Source: Candidatus Paceibacter sp.
Lineage (GTDB): Bacteria > Patescibacteriota > Patescibacteriia > S139-126
Direction: 5' to 3'
NCBI GenBank assembly: GCA_020724865.1
Contig: DYGA01000003.1
Coordinates: forward strand, 63,901 to 127,900
Length of the DNA: 64,000 nt
Shown here: positions 17,215 to 27,208 of the stretch, piece after piece
Position numbering within the stretch: position 1 is the stretch's first letter
Layout: every line of letters begins with the position of its first letter
Position numbers and translations under genes: made by a program
Notes under the pieces: generated by a model
The model's database searches: none
What the model was told of the DNA's origin: nothing
What the model saw: the letters and a program-made list of their open reading frames with translations, nothing else

Positions 17215-18249
17215 ATGATGAATGTGGCTGTTATAATTGTAACTTATAATAATCGTTTACAAATAATCGATTGTTTAAAAAGCGTTGCCAAACAAAGTTA
17301 TCAAAATAATTTTCAGATAGTGGTTGTAGATAACGGTTCGACAGATGATACTCAAGAGATTATAAAAGAAAATTTTCCTCAAGTTGTTCTTATTGAAAAT
17401 GAAAATAATGGTTATGCTGGAGGTAATAATATAGGTATTACTTGGGCTGAGAAACAGGGATATAATACTTTTGTTTTGTTGAATCCTGATATGGAGGTGG
17501 ATATTGATTGGTTGAAAGAACTGGTAAATTTAGCGGAAAAAAAAGACGAGGCAGGTATTGTCCAGTCTAAAGTACTTTTTTTTAATGAAAAGTATAGAGT
17601 TAATACTGTGGGTAATCCGTTACATTTTGCCGGTTTTTCTTGGTCAGGAGGTTTTAAAAATTTAAGTAGTCGTTACTTAGAACCTAAACCTATTGTGTCA
17701 GCATCGGGTAGTAGTTTATTAATAAAAAAACAGGTTATTGATAAGATCGGATATTTTGATGAAAATTTTTTTATGTATCATGAAGATGTTGATTTTAGTT
17801 GGCGGGCAAGATTGGCTGGTTATGAAATTTATTTAGCTCCCCTGTCAAAAGCTTTTCATAAATATACTTTTTCTTTTGGTACCAAAAAATTTTATTATGC
17901 AGAACGAAATCGTTTGGCAGTAGTTTTTACTCATTATAAATTTTTAACCTTAGTTTTATTGCTGCCCTTTTTAATTTTTACGGAAATAGCTATGTTACTT
18001 TATGCAATTTTCACCGGTTGGACTAAATATAAATTATTTTCTTGGGTTGGTTTTTTATTAATGATCCCGCAAATATTGATAAAAAGATTTAAACAAAATA
18101 AATTTCGTATGTTAAGTGATAGTAAAATTTTAAATTTGATGACTGATAAGCTTGATTTTGAAGCTTTGCAGAGTCCATTTATAAATTATTTATATAATCC
18201 TTTAGCTAAATTTTATTTTGTGTTTTTAAAACTTATTGTTAAATGGTAA
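17215..18249 (+). CDS. Family 2 glycosyltransferase (rhamnosyltransferase-like) with C-terminal membrane helices
   Basis: IIVTYNNRLQI...VVVDNGSTDDT. A DXD-region motif is present. C-terminal TM segments. Confidence 0.7.
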   Translation: MMNVAVIIVTYNNRLQIIDCLKSVAKQSYQNNFQIVVVDNGSTDDTQEIIKENFPQVVLIENENNGYAGGNNIGITWAEKQGYNTFVLLNPDMEVDIDWLKELVNLAEKKDEAGIVQSKVLFFNEKYRVNTVGNPLHFAGFSWSGGFKNLSSRYLEPKPIVSASGSSLLIKKQVIDKIGYFDENFFMYHEDVDFSWRARLAGYEIYLAPLSKAFHKYTFSFGTKKFYYAERNRLAVVFTHYKFLTLVLLLPFLIFTEIAMLLYAIFTGWTKYKLFSWVGFLLMIPQILIKRFKQNKFRMLSDSKILNLMTDKLDFEALQSPFINYLYNPLAKFYFVFLKLIVKW

Positions 18250-18253
18250 TCAT

Positions 18254-19351
18254 ATGAAAATAGCTCAAGTAACCGCTGTTTTTCCTCCTTATCGTGGTGG
18301 TATTGGTCAGGTTGCTTGGCATTATGCTAAGGGTCTAAGCGATTTAAAGGAAAAAGTTGAGGTCTTTACCATTGACTATGGTTTAAAGCAAAAATATAAT
18401 TTTCCTTGCCATTATTTATCAGCTTGGCCGCGTTGGGGCAAGGCAGGTTTTTGCCCTCAATTATTATGGCGTTTAGATAAATTTGATATAGTGCAACTTC
18501 ATTATCCTGCTTTTGGTTTAGCTGAAGTTACTAGTTTTTGGAGATTTATAAATAAAAATAAAAAGCTGTTTTTATTTTATCATCATGATTTAGTAGGAAA
18601 GGGTTGGTTGGGAAAATTTTTTTGGTTATATCAAAAATTATTTTTGCCTTTTATTTTAAAAATGGCCGATGTTATTTTGGTTTCCTCTTTAGATTATATT
18701 GCACACAGCGAAATAAAAAAATATTATTTTAATCATAAAGAAAAGTTTATTGCTTTACCTTTTGCTGCTGATGATATTTTTATTCCTTTACCAGAAAAAA
18801 AATATTCTGTAAAAAATATTTTATTTGTTGGCGGTCTTGATCGTAATCATTATTTTAAAGGTGTTGATAAACTAATCATGGCTTGCGCTCGATTACCGGT
18901 AGACAATTGGCAGTTAACAATTGTTGGTGAGGGAGAATTACTGCCTCTATATAAAAATTTAGCAGAAAAATTAGGTATCAAGGAAAAGGTTATTTTTACT
19001 GGAGCACAGACAGATTTTGAATTAGTTAAAATGTATCAAAATTCTTATATTTTTTGTTTGCCGAGTATTGATAAAACCGAAGCGTTTGGTTTGGTTTTAG
19101 TTGAAGCGATGGCCTGTGGATTGCCGGTTATTGCCAGCAATTTACCAGGGGTTAGGGGAGTAGTTAGAGAAAATGAATCTGGAATATTAGTTGAAGCTGG
19201 AAATGTTGATGATTTGGTAGTTAAAATAAACATGTTTTTAAATGATGAAGAAAAACAAAAAAAATATGGTCAACAAGCCAGTCAGATTGTTCAAAATGTT
19301 TATCGCTGGCCAAAAATAATAAAAGAACTACGAGAAATTTATTATGTTTAA
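18254..19351 (+). CDS. Family 4 (GT-B) glycosyltransferase
   Basis: EAFGLVLVEAMACGLPVIASNLPGVRGVVRENESGILVE matches the GT4 EX7E region. The track uses an upstream TTG start at 18236. The ATG at 18254 avoids overlap with the upstream gene. Confidence 0.8.
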   Translation: MKIAQVTAVFPPYRGGIGQVAWHYAKGLSDLKEKVEVFTIDYGLKQKYNFPCHYLSAWPRWGKAGFCPQLLWRLDKFDIVQLHYPAFGLAEVTSFWRFINKNKKLFLFYHHDLVGKGWLGKFFWLYQKLFLPFILKMADVILVSSLDYIAHSEIKKYYFNHKEKFIALPFAADDIFIPLPEKKYSVKNILFVGGLDRNHYFKGVDKLIMACARLPVDNWQLTIVGEGELLPLYKNLAEKLGIKEKVIFTGAQTDFELVKMYQNSYIFCLPSIDKTEAFGLVLVEAMACGLPVIASNLPGVRGVVRENESGILVEAGNVDDLVVKINMFLNDEEKQKKYGQQASQIVQNVYRWPKIIKELREIYYV

Positions 19352-21572
19352 GTTTTTTTTACCTCAAATAAAAATTAAACGCAAAGATGTAAATATTATC
19401 TTTTGGTTAAATTTTTTGTTTTTGGGTATAAATTTATTTTGGCAAAATAATTTTCTAATAAATATTATTTTATTTACAATTTTTTTTGTTTTAGCCGGTT
19501 ATTATGCTGGTTTATACGCCAATAGATTGTTACAATTAGACAAATTTCGATCATTGGTTTTTGGTTACTTGACCTTAATTTATTTACTTAGTTTTGCGGT
19601 TGCGTTATTTGTAAATTTTTACAAGTATCATATTTTATTTGCCTATGTTTCAATTTTAATTGTTGGCGTAGTTATTTTTTTTGTAAGTAAAAATTTAGAT
19701 TGGTTGCCAGTAACCAGTAAAGATGATACTAGTAGAGGTATTACTGTTAGGCCACCTTTTTATTTAACATATTTATTACCCCTTTTCTTAATTGGCGGAA
19801 TATTACTTCTATTATCCGCGCGAACCGGTGATTATTTGATTACTCCTTGGCAGGTAATTCCCAAAATATATGTATATATATTTTTATTTGTCACTTTTAC
19901 AGTTGGTATTTTAATATTTTCTAAGTTAAAAACTGGCTTTATTATTTTGTTGATAATATTGCATTCTTATTTTTTACATGCTTATTTGCCAATAATTTAT
20001 GAAACTGGCTTTGGTGGTGATAAATGGCGTCATTTAGCCTCGGAAAAATTTTTAAAAACTGGCCAAGTTTATACTCCCAGTTTAATAGGCGAGCCTCTAC
20101 GTCTAATGACTTTAGGTCCTTGGCAGGTCCCAGAAGTATTGTTTGCTGGTAATAAAACTTCTTATGGCAATCAATGGGGATTGACTTTGTTGCTAAGTGA
20201 TTTTTTAGCAATAGATATTTTTTGGATTGATTACTGGTTGATTTTTATTTTATGGTCTTTTTTTATTCCTTTACTTTTATACCAGCTGGCTGGCTTTGTA
20301 TATCAATCAACTAAGTTTAAATTGTTAATAGCTTGGTTACCGACAATATTTTATACTTGGCAAGTTTTTGGAGCTGTCACTTTACCGGTTTCATTGGGGA
20401 TGATATTTTTTCTAGCAGTATTATATTTATGGTTATACTATTTGCAAACTAACAGTAAAAAAGTCAGAAATTTAGCGATTATTTTTACTTTTTTAATGTA
20501 TTTTGGCTATGTTTTGTATTTTATAATCATGTCAGTACTAGCAGTCGGTTTTTTGATATGGGGAGAAATAAAAAATAATACCTGGCGTCGAGCTTTATTA
20601 ACTATCATTATATTTTTAGCCTGTTTAGTAATTCCGGCGATGGAAATATTGATGGGTTACGGTTCTTTGCAGTCTGGCATTACAAATCCAGCTAAAATTT
20701 TTTCTCTCACCGCTGATGCTTTTGGAAACTTGACCGGTATAGTTGCTTTTATTCCTAGACCAACTCATATTGATCAGGGTAACTGGCTTTATAATCAAAC
20801 CAGACAAACGCAGAGCCAGGCTTCACTTTTTAGCTTAAGATTACTGCCATTATTTTTTACCAGCTTAGTATGGTTGTTGACATTATTGGGCATACAAAAA
20901 ATAAGAAAATTACCAGAAAAAAAGTTTGCTTTATTTATTCTATTATCATTTGCAGTTTTATTGTTTAGTTATATTTTTTCCTGGTATTTTATGGACGGAA
21001 ATCATATTTTAGCTAGACGATTGGATTTAACTATTACTTTTTTTTGGTTATTTTTAATTGGTTTAGGAATTTTTTATTTACTAGAAGATTTTTTGCCAAA
21101 GACAGATAATTTTATTAAAGTATACAGTTTAATAATATTTATTTCCTTGTTGGCCACTTCTACTTATAGTTCAGGCCCAGTTTTAGAGGTGGTCACCAAA
21201 GATGAAGTGATCGCTGCTCAATATGTTTGGGAAAGAATTGATAAAAAAAATAATTATTGTGTTGTAGCTAACACTTGGCCATTATTGGGATTGGAATATG
21301 TTTCAGGTCGGGAAATTATTGCCGGAGGTTTTCCTGTCTACTTAGAATATGCTCAGCCAGAAAGAGTAAAAATATTTGAAGGTTTAATTCGCAAACCATT
21401 GGCCGAAGATTGGATGGCTAAAGCCTTTGCAGTAACTCAAGCTAACGAATGTTGGTATATGACAGAAAAGCGTTGGATGTCAGATAAAGTTTGGGAAGAT
21501 AATTTGCGAATTTTTGGTGAACCTCAAATGCAGATAGGACAAGTTTATATTTGGCAAATAAAAAGAGATTAA
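19344..21572 (+). CDS. Large polytopic membrane protein (742 aa), a putative GT-C-type glycosyltransferase or polymerase (YfhO/ArnT-like architecture)
   Basis: About 14 predicted TM helices followed by a ~130-aa C-terminal soluble domain. Sits inside the glycan locus next to the Wzx gene. No motif-level assignment possible. Confidence 0.5.
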   Translation: MFKFFLPQIKIKRKDVNIIFWLNFLFLGINLFWQNNFLINIILFTIFFVLAGYYAGLYANRLLQLDKFRSLVFGYLTLIYLLSFAVALFVNFYKYHILFAYVSILIVGVVIFFVSKNLDWLPVTSKDDTSRGITVRPPFYLTYLLPLFLIGGILLLLSARTGDYLITPWQVIPKIYVYIFLFVTFTVGILIFSKLKTGFIILLIILHSYFLHAYLPIIYETGFGGDKWRHLASEKFLKTGQVYTPSLIGEPLRLMTLGPWQVPEVLFAGNKTSYGNQWGLTLLLSDFLAIDIFWIDYWLIFILWSFFIPLLLYQLAGFVYQSTKFKLLIAWLPTIFYTWQVFGAVTLPVSLGMIFFLAVLYLWLYYLQTNSKKVRNLAIIFTFLMYFGYVLYFIIMSVLAVGFLIWGEIKNNTWRRALLTIIIFLACLVIPAMEILMGYGSLQSGITNPAKIFSLTADAFGNLTGIVAFIPRPTHIDQGNWLYNQTRQTQSQASLFSLRLLPLFFTSLVWLLTLLGIQKIRKLPEKKFALFILLSFAVLLFSYIFSWYFMDGNHILARRLDLTITFFWLFLIGLGIFYLLEDFLPKTDNFIKVYSLIIFISLLATSTYSSGPVLEVVTKDEVIAAQYVWERIDKKNNYCVVANTWPLLGLEYVSGREIIAGGFPVYLEYAQPERVKIFEGLIRKPLAEDWMAKAFAVTQANECWYMTEKRWMSDKVWEDNLRIFGEPQMQIGQVYIWQIKRD

Positions 21573-21579
21573 TTTATTT

Positions 21580-22587
21580 TTACAGATTCTTTTGAGTAAG
21601 ATAGTCAGAATCAATAATTTTTTTTGTAATAAACGGTCTGATATCAGCTATTTTTTTAGATTGAATATAAAATCTTTTATTTTTATATTTTTTTAAATCT
21701 TTTAAAGCGTTATAGATTGCAGAAATGTAAACTTTTAACTGATGGCGTTTTATTGAATTGATTTTAATTATAGCTTGCCCCATTAAAATTAGCAGACTAT
21801 ATTGCCACCAAAGTTTAGTTGGTAAATTTTTGTATAAGGTAAAAATTAAATTTCGATAAGTATGATAGACGGCAAAATCTGACATTACTCCGGTTGTAGC
21901 TGAACCTTTGTGCCAACAGATGGCATCATTAGCCAAGCTGGCAGAAAAGCCAAAAAGTCTAGCTCTGAAACCTAAATCAAAATCTTCAGCATAAGCAAAA
22001 AAACTACTATCAAAATAATCATAGATTATACGTGATTCAAAGCCGATAGAAATTTGTTTTTCTTCTTTTGTTTGTTCTAATAATTTACGACTATAAAGAG
22101 CCGCACCGGCAGATGGGCAAAATAATATTTTGTCGTGAGATTTTATGTTGAAAGTAATTCCTGACATCATAAATTCAATACCTAAGCTGTCAATTTCATT
22201 TGGTTTGTCCATTTTTAACATGGTAGCTTGTATCATGTCAGAGTTAGTTTGCTCGGCATGATTTATTAAGTTTTTTAAGAAATTTTCCTGAACAATAATA
22301 TCATTATTTAAGGTTAAAATATATTTTATATTTTTGTCGGTTAGGATTTTTCTTATATTTATATTATTACCTTCAGCAAAACCTTTATTTTCTGCTGCAG
22401 TGTCAATAATTAAATTATCCCATTTAGAATATAGATTAGTTAAAGTAATTTCATCTTCACGTGATGATCCTTGAATAAGTAAATAAATTAAAAAATCTTT
22501 ATAAGTCTGACGTTGTAATGATTTCAAACAGTTGATAGTTAGTTTGACATTTTTATTGTGTAAAATAGATATACCAATTTTTGACAT
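21580..22587 (-). CDS. Family 2 glycosyltransferase
   Basis: N-terminus IGISILHNKNVKLTINCLKSL..., a DXD-like region NNDIIV and GT-A length. Confidence 0.65.
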   Translation of the reverse strand: MSKIGISILHNKNVKLTINCLKSLQRQTYKDFLIYLLIQGSSREDEITLTNLYSKWDNLIIDTAAENKGFAEGNNINIRKILTDKNIKYILTLNNDIIVQENFLKNLINHAEQTNSDMIQATMLKMDKPNEIDSLGIEFMMSGITFNIKSHDKILFCPSAGAALYSRKLLEQTKEEKQISIGFESRIIYDYFDSSFFAYAEDFDLGFRARLFGFSASLANDAICWHKGSATTGVMSDFAVYHTYRNLIFTLYKNLPTKLWWQYSLLILMGQAIIKINSIKRHQLKVYISAIYNALKDLKKYKNKRFYIQSKKIADIRPFITKKIIDSDYLTQKNL

Positions 22588-22588
22588 A

Positions 22589-23872
22589 TTAAAGTGGTTT
22601 ATTTATATTTGGTCCGATATTACTATTTATATGAACAAATTTTTTGTTCAAATAATATTCAACTAATCCAAAAATTATTAAACCAGAAATAATTTCCGTT
22701 AAGACTGTGGCCCAAGCTGCTCCTAAATAAGAAAATTTTGGTATCCAGTAAAAATTTAAAACTATATTTATGATCATGCCTAAGCCAGTTGCAAGGGTAT
22801 AGGTTAATTGTTTGCCAAGTGCATTTAGGGTGTAAAGCCATACATGAGCTAAAAAAGAAAAAAAGACAGCCAAACTTAGTATATAGAAAATATTGACAGC
22901 TGGTGAAAATTCTATCCCATAAATATAAATTATTAACCATTTGGCTATAGCTGTAGTTATACCCAATATCAATAAACCTGCCAAAGTCATAAGATAAAGT
23001 GTTTGACGATAAAGTTTACGGCAAGCAGTAAGTGATTCTTTAGCTAATTGTGACAATTTTGGGTAAACTGACATTATTAAAACATAGGCGACAAATGTTA
23101 ATGAAAAAATAAGTAAATAAGCAGCATTGTACCAGGCAGTTGGTTGGTCGCCTTTAATGATTGATAACATAACCGTGTCAATACGAAAATAAATAATTAC
23201 AAACATATTAGCTAGAGCTAGAGGCCAAGCTTGTTTTAAAATATTTTTTATAATTTTATTATTCCATTGCCAGCCAAATGAAGTAAATTTTTTCTTTATA
23301 ATTATTATACTTATTACTAGAGCATAGGTAGCAGCAATAAAATATGACCAAACTACGGCGGTTAATGATTTTTGCAATACTGCATAAATGATTAGAGCTA
23401 AAAGAAATAAATGTTGGCTTATTTTAATAAAAGCTTCATATTTAAATTTTTCATATGCTTTAAAAATTGAACGTAACAATTCGGCTAAAGTGTATATTAT
23501 TAAATAAGCGCCCGCAATTATTATTAATTCTTTAATAAATTTAGGTTTATTGAGTAAAAGGGTACTGATTACAATTAAACCATAAGTAATAAATCCAATT
23601 ACTATTTTTAAAGAGAAAAAATTGCTTAATATTTTTTTAACATCATTTTTATTTATACTGATATCGCGAATTGCTATCATGGTCAGGCCAAAATCTGCTA
23701 TCACTTGCCAGATTTGGGCAAAAGCTAAAACAAAAGCAAATTGTCCATAAACTGTTTGGCCTAATTTACGTGCGATTAAAATACTAACAAAAAAAAGAAT
23801 AAGTATAGATATGCCTTCAGATATAGCCAGATAAGATGTATTTTTTCTTAAAATTTTTTGCATTGCTGACAT
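22589..23872 (-). CDS. Polysaccharide biosynthesis protein / oligosaccharide flippase (Wzx-like, MOP superfamily)
   Basis: 427 aa with ~12 TM helices and a typical Wzx/RfbX organisation. Coupled to the downstream GT2. Confidence 0.7.
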   Translation of the reverse strand: MSAMQKILRKNTSYLAISEGISILILFFVSILIARKLGQTVYGQFAFVLAFAQIWQVIADFGLTMIAIRDISINKNDVKKILSNFFSLKIVIGFITYGLIVISTLLLNKPKFIKELIIIAGAYLIIYTLAELLRSIFKAYEKFKYEAFIKISQHLFLLALIIYAVLQKSLTAVVWSYFIAATYALVISIIIIKKKFTSFGWQWNNKIIKNILKQAWPLALANMFVIIYFRIDTVMLSIIKGDQPTAWYNAAYLLIFSLTFVAYVLIMSVYPKLSQLAKESLTACRKLYRQTLYLMTLAGLLILGITTAIAKWLIIYIYGIEFSPAVNIFYILSLAVFFSFLAHVWLYTLNALGKQLTYTLATGLGMIINIVLNFYWIPKFSYLGAAWATVLTEIISGLIIFGLVEYYLNKKFVHINSNIGPNINKPL

Positions 23873-23941
23873 AAATATATTGTATCAATCTTTAGTAGAA
23901 TTGGGAATGAATTAAAGCTAAAATTTTGCTATAATAATAAT

Positions 23942-24811
23942 ATGCAACTAAATAAAATTACTCGAATTATTAATTTAGTCATGATATTGTTGGGTGTTTT
24001 ATTTTTATTTTTTTTAGTTTGGTACGATATTAATCCTTCGGGGAAAAGATCAATAGAGCACAGTTTTAAAAAACCAAATAAATTGGTCTATGGTCCATAT
24101 CCTGCTGATCGATTAACAAATAAAAGTAGTGAAAATTATTGGGAAGTTGTTATTGATCCAATATATTTTGATTTATATATTCCGAGACTTTATCAACGTA
24201 TTTCATTTAGTGCCATTTTTAAAACTGATAGTAATAAAGCTGTAATTGCTTTAGGCGGATTAGGCAGCGATCAAGGTTGGCAAATAACCCTCAAACCCGC
24301 ATATAATGGTTATTTAGAAAATTTAAGTTTAAATTGCAAAGTTTTTCTTGATGATGATGATAAAATTTCTGTTTGTGCTGGACGAAATCAATCGCTTCCC
24401 GAAATGAAAATTTGGCAGGATATTTTTAGAATATTTCCTGACGCCGACTATGTTATGTATTATTTACCAGCAGATAAAATGGAATCCATTGATAAAATTG
24501 ATAATTTGAAAATTGGTTTATGGGAAAATAGTTTAACAGAAAATGATTTTGATTTTTTGCTTACCGGTTATCAACCCCCTGAAGATTTGGGAGATGGTTG
24601 GAAAAAAGCTACAGTGATTTTTTCTCCAGATGAATTATGGTTAGCCGGACATATATATAAATTTGTAATTTCCATACCTGATTTATCAAATCGGGGCGGT
24701 CAAGTAAAATTACAAGCCGTTGAATTTTATTTAGAAAAGGAACCCATTAACCGTTATAATTTTCAGGAAAAATTTTTGCGCTTTTGGCAAAGATTAAAAT
24801 CCCGATTTTAA
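23942..24811 (+). CDS. Hypothetical protein with N-terminal TM anchor (289 aa)
   Basis: A TATAAT box lies 6 nt upstream of the ATG. No recognisable family. Confidence 0.45.
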   Translation: MQLNKITRIINLVMILLGVLFLFFLVWYDINPSGKRSIEHSFKKPNKLVYGPYPADRLTNKSSENYWEVVIDPIYFDLYIPRLYQRISFSAIFKTDSNKAVIALGGLGSDQGWQITLKPAYNGYLENLSLNCKVFLDDDDKISVCAGRNQSLPEMKIWQDIFRIFPDADYVMYYLPADKMESIDKIDNLKIGLWENSLTENDFDFLLTGYQPPEDLGDGWKKATVIFSPDELWLAGHIYKFVISIPDLSNRGGQVKLQAVEFYLEKEPINRYNFQEKFLRFWQRLKSRF

Positions 24812-24814
24812 TTT

Positions 24815-25192
24815 ATGGATATGAATAATATATATTGGCAAAGGATTACTAGGATTTTTTTATATTGGTCTATAATTTTTTTTATTTTATTGTTAATTTT
24901 AGAAGATTTAAAACCTTTTTTGGTAAAAACACATTTTACACCACATTGGTTAGTCCCCATTATATTAGTTTTGTTTTTTTATCAGGTATTTAGTCATGAT
25001 AATTATCAACCTGCTTTACCAAATGAAAAAAAATTAACAATTTTTGGCTGGATTGTGGGTATTGTTTGCTGGATAATTATCTATTTATATTTTTCCAATA
25101 AATTTTTGAGTTTTATTAGCGGTGGATGCATTTTTATTTTAGTACGACAATATTTAGCTAAAATAAAAAATCAAGCAGATCATTTGCTTTAA
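24815..25192 (+). CDS. Hypothetical small membrane protein (125 aa, 4 TM)
   Basis: Hydrophobic profile only. Confidence 0.4.
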   Translation: MDMNNIYWQRITRIFLYWSIIFFILLLILEDLKPFLVKTHFTPHWLVPIILVLFFYQVFSHDNYQPALPNEKKLTIFGWIVGIVCWIIIYLYFSNKFLSFISGGCIFILVRQYLAKIKNQADHLL

Positions 25193-25218
25193 ATTAAATT
25201 TTTATTTAATATGTTATT

Positions 25219-25707
25219 ATGATAAGCGGTGTAATAATAAAAAAATTAAAAGTTCACGCGGATATCCCTGATACTGAAGAAGTATTAGTTCAACCTGGGT
25301 TTTTGATGGAGGTTTTGCGGGCTGATGACAATTTGTTAAAAAAATTTGGGCAAACAACCTTTACTGTTGCTTATCAGGGAACAATAAAAGCCTTTCACTA
25401 TCATGAAAAGCAAGATGATTTATGGTTTGTTGCTACAGGTAGAGCTATGGTAGTACTTTATGATATAAGAGAAAATTCACCAACTTTTGGTCAAACTCAA
25501 GTTATTTATGCTGGAGTTGACGATTATAAATTAATTGTTATTCCCGTTGGCGTAGCTCACGGTTATAAAGTTTTATCTCCAGAACCAGTGTTACTTTTTT
25601 ATCATACAACCGAATGCTACAATCCTGATAATCCAGACGAAAAAAGGATAGCATTTGATGATGTTAAGATTGGGTTTGATTGGAATTCTTTGCCTCCAGA
25701 AACATAA
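25219..25707 (+). CDS. rmlC: dTDP-4-dehydrorhamnose 3,5-epimerase (RmlC-like cupin)
   Basis: FHYHEKQDDLWFVATGRAMVVLYDIRENSPTFGQ...IPVGVAHGY aligns with the RmlC core (HxH...DVxVDxRxxSPTFG...PxGxAHGF). Confidence 0.7.
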   Translation: MISGVIIKKLKVHADIPDTEEVLVQPGFLMEVLRADDNLLKKFGQTTFTVAYQGTIKAFHYHEKQDDLWFVATGRAMVVLYDIRENSPTFGQTQVIYAGVDDYKLIVIPVGVAHGYKVLSPEPVLLFYHTTECYNPDNPDEKRIAFDDVKIGFDWNSLPPET

Positions 25708-25732
25708 TTAAATATAATTTAATATTATTAAT

Positions 25733-26149
25733 ATGCATGACTGTATTTTTTGTAAAATTGTAGTTGGTGAAGTTCCTAGTGAAAAAGTTTATGAGGATGA
25801 TGATACCTTAGCTTTTTTAGATATTTCCCCAATAACTAAAGGGCATGTTTTAGTAATAACCAAAAAACACTATAAAGATTTATTGGAAACACCATCTTCA
25901 GATCTAGAAAAATGTATTCTTACCATAAAAAAAATTGCTCCAAAGTTGTTGATTGCTTTGGAAGCTGACGGTTTTAATATAGGTTTAAATAATGGCGAAG
26001 CGTCTGGTCAAGTGATTAAACATATTCATTTTCATATTATTCCCAGGTATCATAACGATAATTTAAGGATGTGGGAGGGGCAATCTTATCAAGAAGGTGA
26101 AATGAAAGATTATGGTGATAAAATAAGAAAATTTACTATTGAATTATAA
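25733..26149 (+). CDS. HIT-family (histidine triad) nucleotide hydrolase/transferase
   Basis: CIFCKIV N-terminus and the HxHxHxx triad HIHFHIIPR. Confidence 0.8.
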   Translation: MHDCIFCKIVVGEVPSEKVYEDDDTLAFLDISPITKGHVLVITKKHYKDLLETPSSDLEKCILTIKKIAPKLLIALEADGFNIGLNNGEASGQVIKHIHFHIIPRYHNDNLRMWEGQSYQEGEMKDYGDKIRKFTIEL

Positions 26150-26199
26150 TTTATAAAATAAAGAATATTATTTTTTTATTATAAATTAATTTTAAAAGC

Positions 26200-27186
26200 A
26201 TGAAAATATTGGTGACTGGAGGTGCTGGATTTATTGGCAGCAATTTTATTAATTATTGGTTAAATAAATATCCTCATGATCAGATTATCAATTTGGATAA
26301 GTTAACATACGCTGGTAATTTAGAAAATTTAAATGCAGTCAAAGATAATCCCAATTATAGCTTTATTCAAGGAGATATTGCCGATATAAAATTGTTGGAT
26401 AGTATATTGCCGGGAGTTAGTTTAGTAATACATTTTGCTGCAGAATCACATGTTGATCGGTCAATAATTGGACCGGCAATTTTTATACAGACCAATGTTT
26501 TAGGTACCCAAGTATTATTAGATGCTTGTTTAAAGCATAAAATTGGTCATTTCCATCACGTATCAACTGACGAAGTATTTGGAGCCCTGTCTCTTGATTC
26601 TGAGGTTAAATTTAGCGAAATAACGCCTTATAATCCACGTTCTCCTTATAGTGCTTCCAAAGCCGCTTCTGATCACTTGGTACGTTCCTATGGAATTACA
26701 TTTGGTCTTAAATATACAATTACTAATTGTTCAAATAATTTTGGACCTTATCAGTATCCAGAAAAGTTTTTACCGCTTATGATTACTAATTTATTGCAGG
26801 ATAAAAAAGTCCCAGTTTATGGTGACGGATTATATGTGCGTGATTGGTTGTATGTAGAAGATCACTGTCAAGCAATTGATTTAGTCGTCCATTCCGGAAA
26901 AATCGGTGAAACTTATTGTATCGGCGGTATGACCGAAGATATTAATAACTTACAGATTACTAAAAAAGTTTTAGCTATAATGGGTAAAGATGAATCTTAT
27001 ATTCAATTTGTTGAAGATCGTCCCGGTCATGATCGTCGTTATGCTGTTGATTGGACTAAAGCAAAAAATGAGCTTGGTTATAAACCGGTTTATGATTTTG
27101 ATAATTATTTGGTGAAAACAGTAAATTGGTATCGAGAAAATGAAAAATGGTGGAGAAAATTAATAGGTCAGACAAATAATTTTTAG
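26200..27186 (+). CDS. rmlB: dTDP-glucose 4,6-dehydratase
   Basis: MKILVTGGAGFIGSNF, the YSASKAASDHLV catalytic YxxxK and the overall RfbB pattern. Confidence 0.9.
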   Translation: MKILVTGGAGFIGSNFINYWLNKYPHDQIINLDKLTYAGNLENLNAVKDNPNYSFIQGDIADIKLLDSILPGVSLVIHFAAESHVDRSIIGPAIFIQTNVLGTQVLLDACLKHKIGHFHHVSTDEVFGALSLDSEVKFSEITPYNPRSPYSASKAASDHLVRSYGITFGLKYTITNCSNNFGPYQYPEKFLPLMITNLLQDKKVPVYGDGLYVRDWLYVEDHCQAIDLVVHSGKIGETYCIGGMTEDINNLQITKKVLAIMGKDESYIQFVEDRPGHDRRYAVDWTKAKNELGYKPVYDFDNYLVKTVNWYRENEKWWRKLIGQTNNF

Positions 27187-27208
27187 TATTTTTTATAAAT
27201 TATATTCT

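Noticed and set aside
18236-18253. TTG start for the GT4 gene as given in the ORF track.
   Set aside because: It would overlap the upstream GT2 gene by 14 nt and add MLNGNH before a clean ATG (18254, MKIAQV...). The ATG start is preferred. This is a minor boundary uncertainty.
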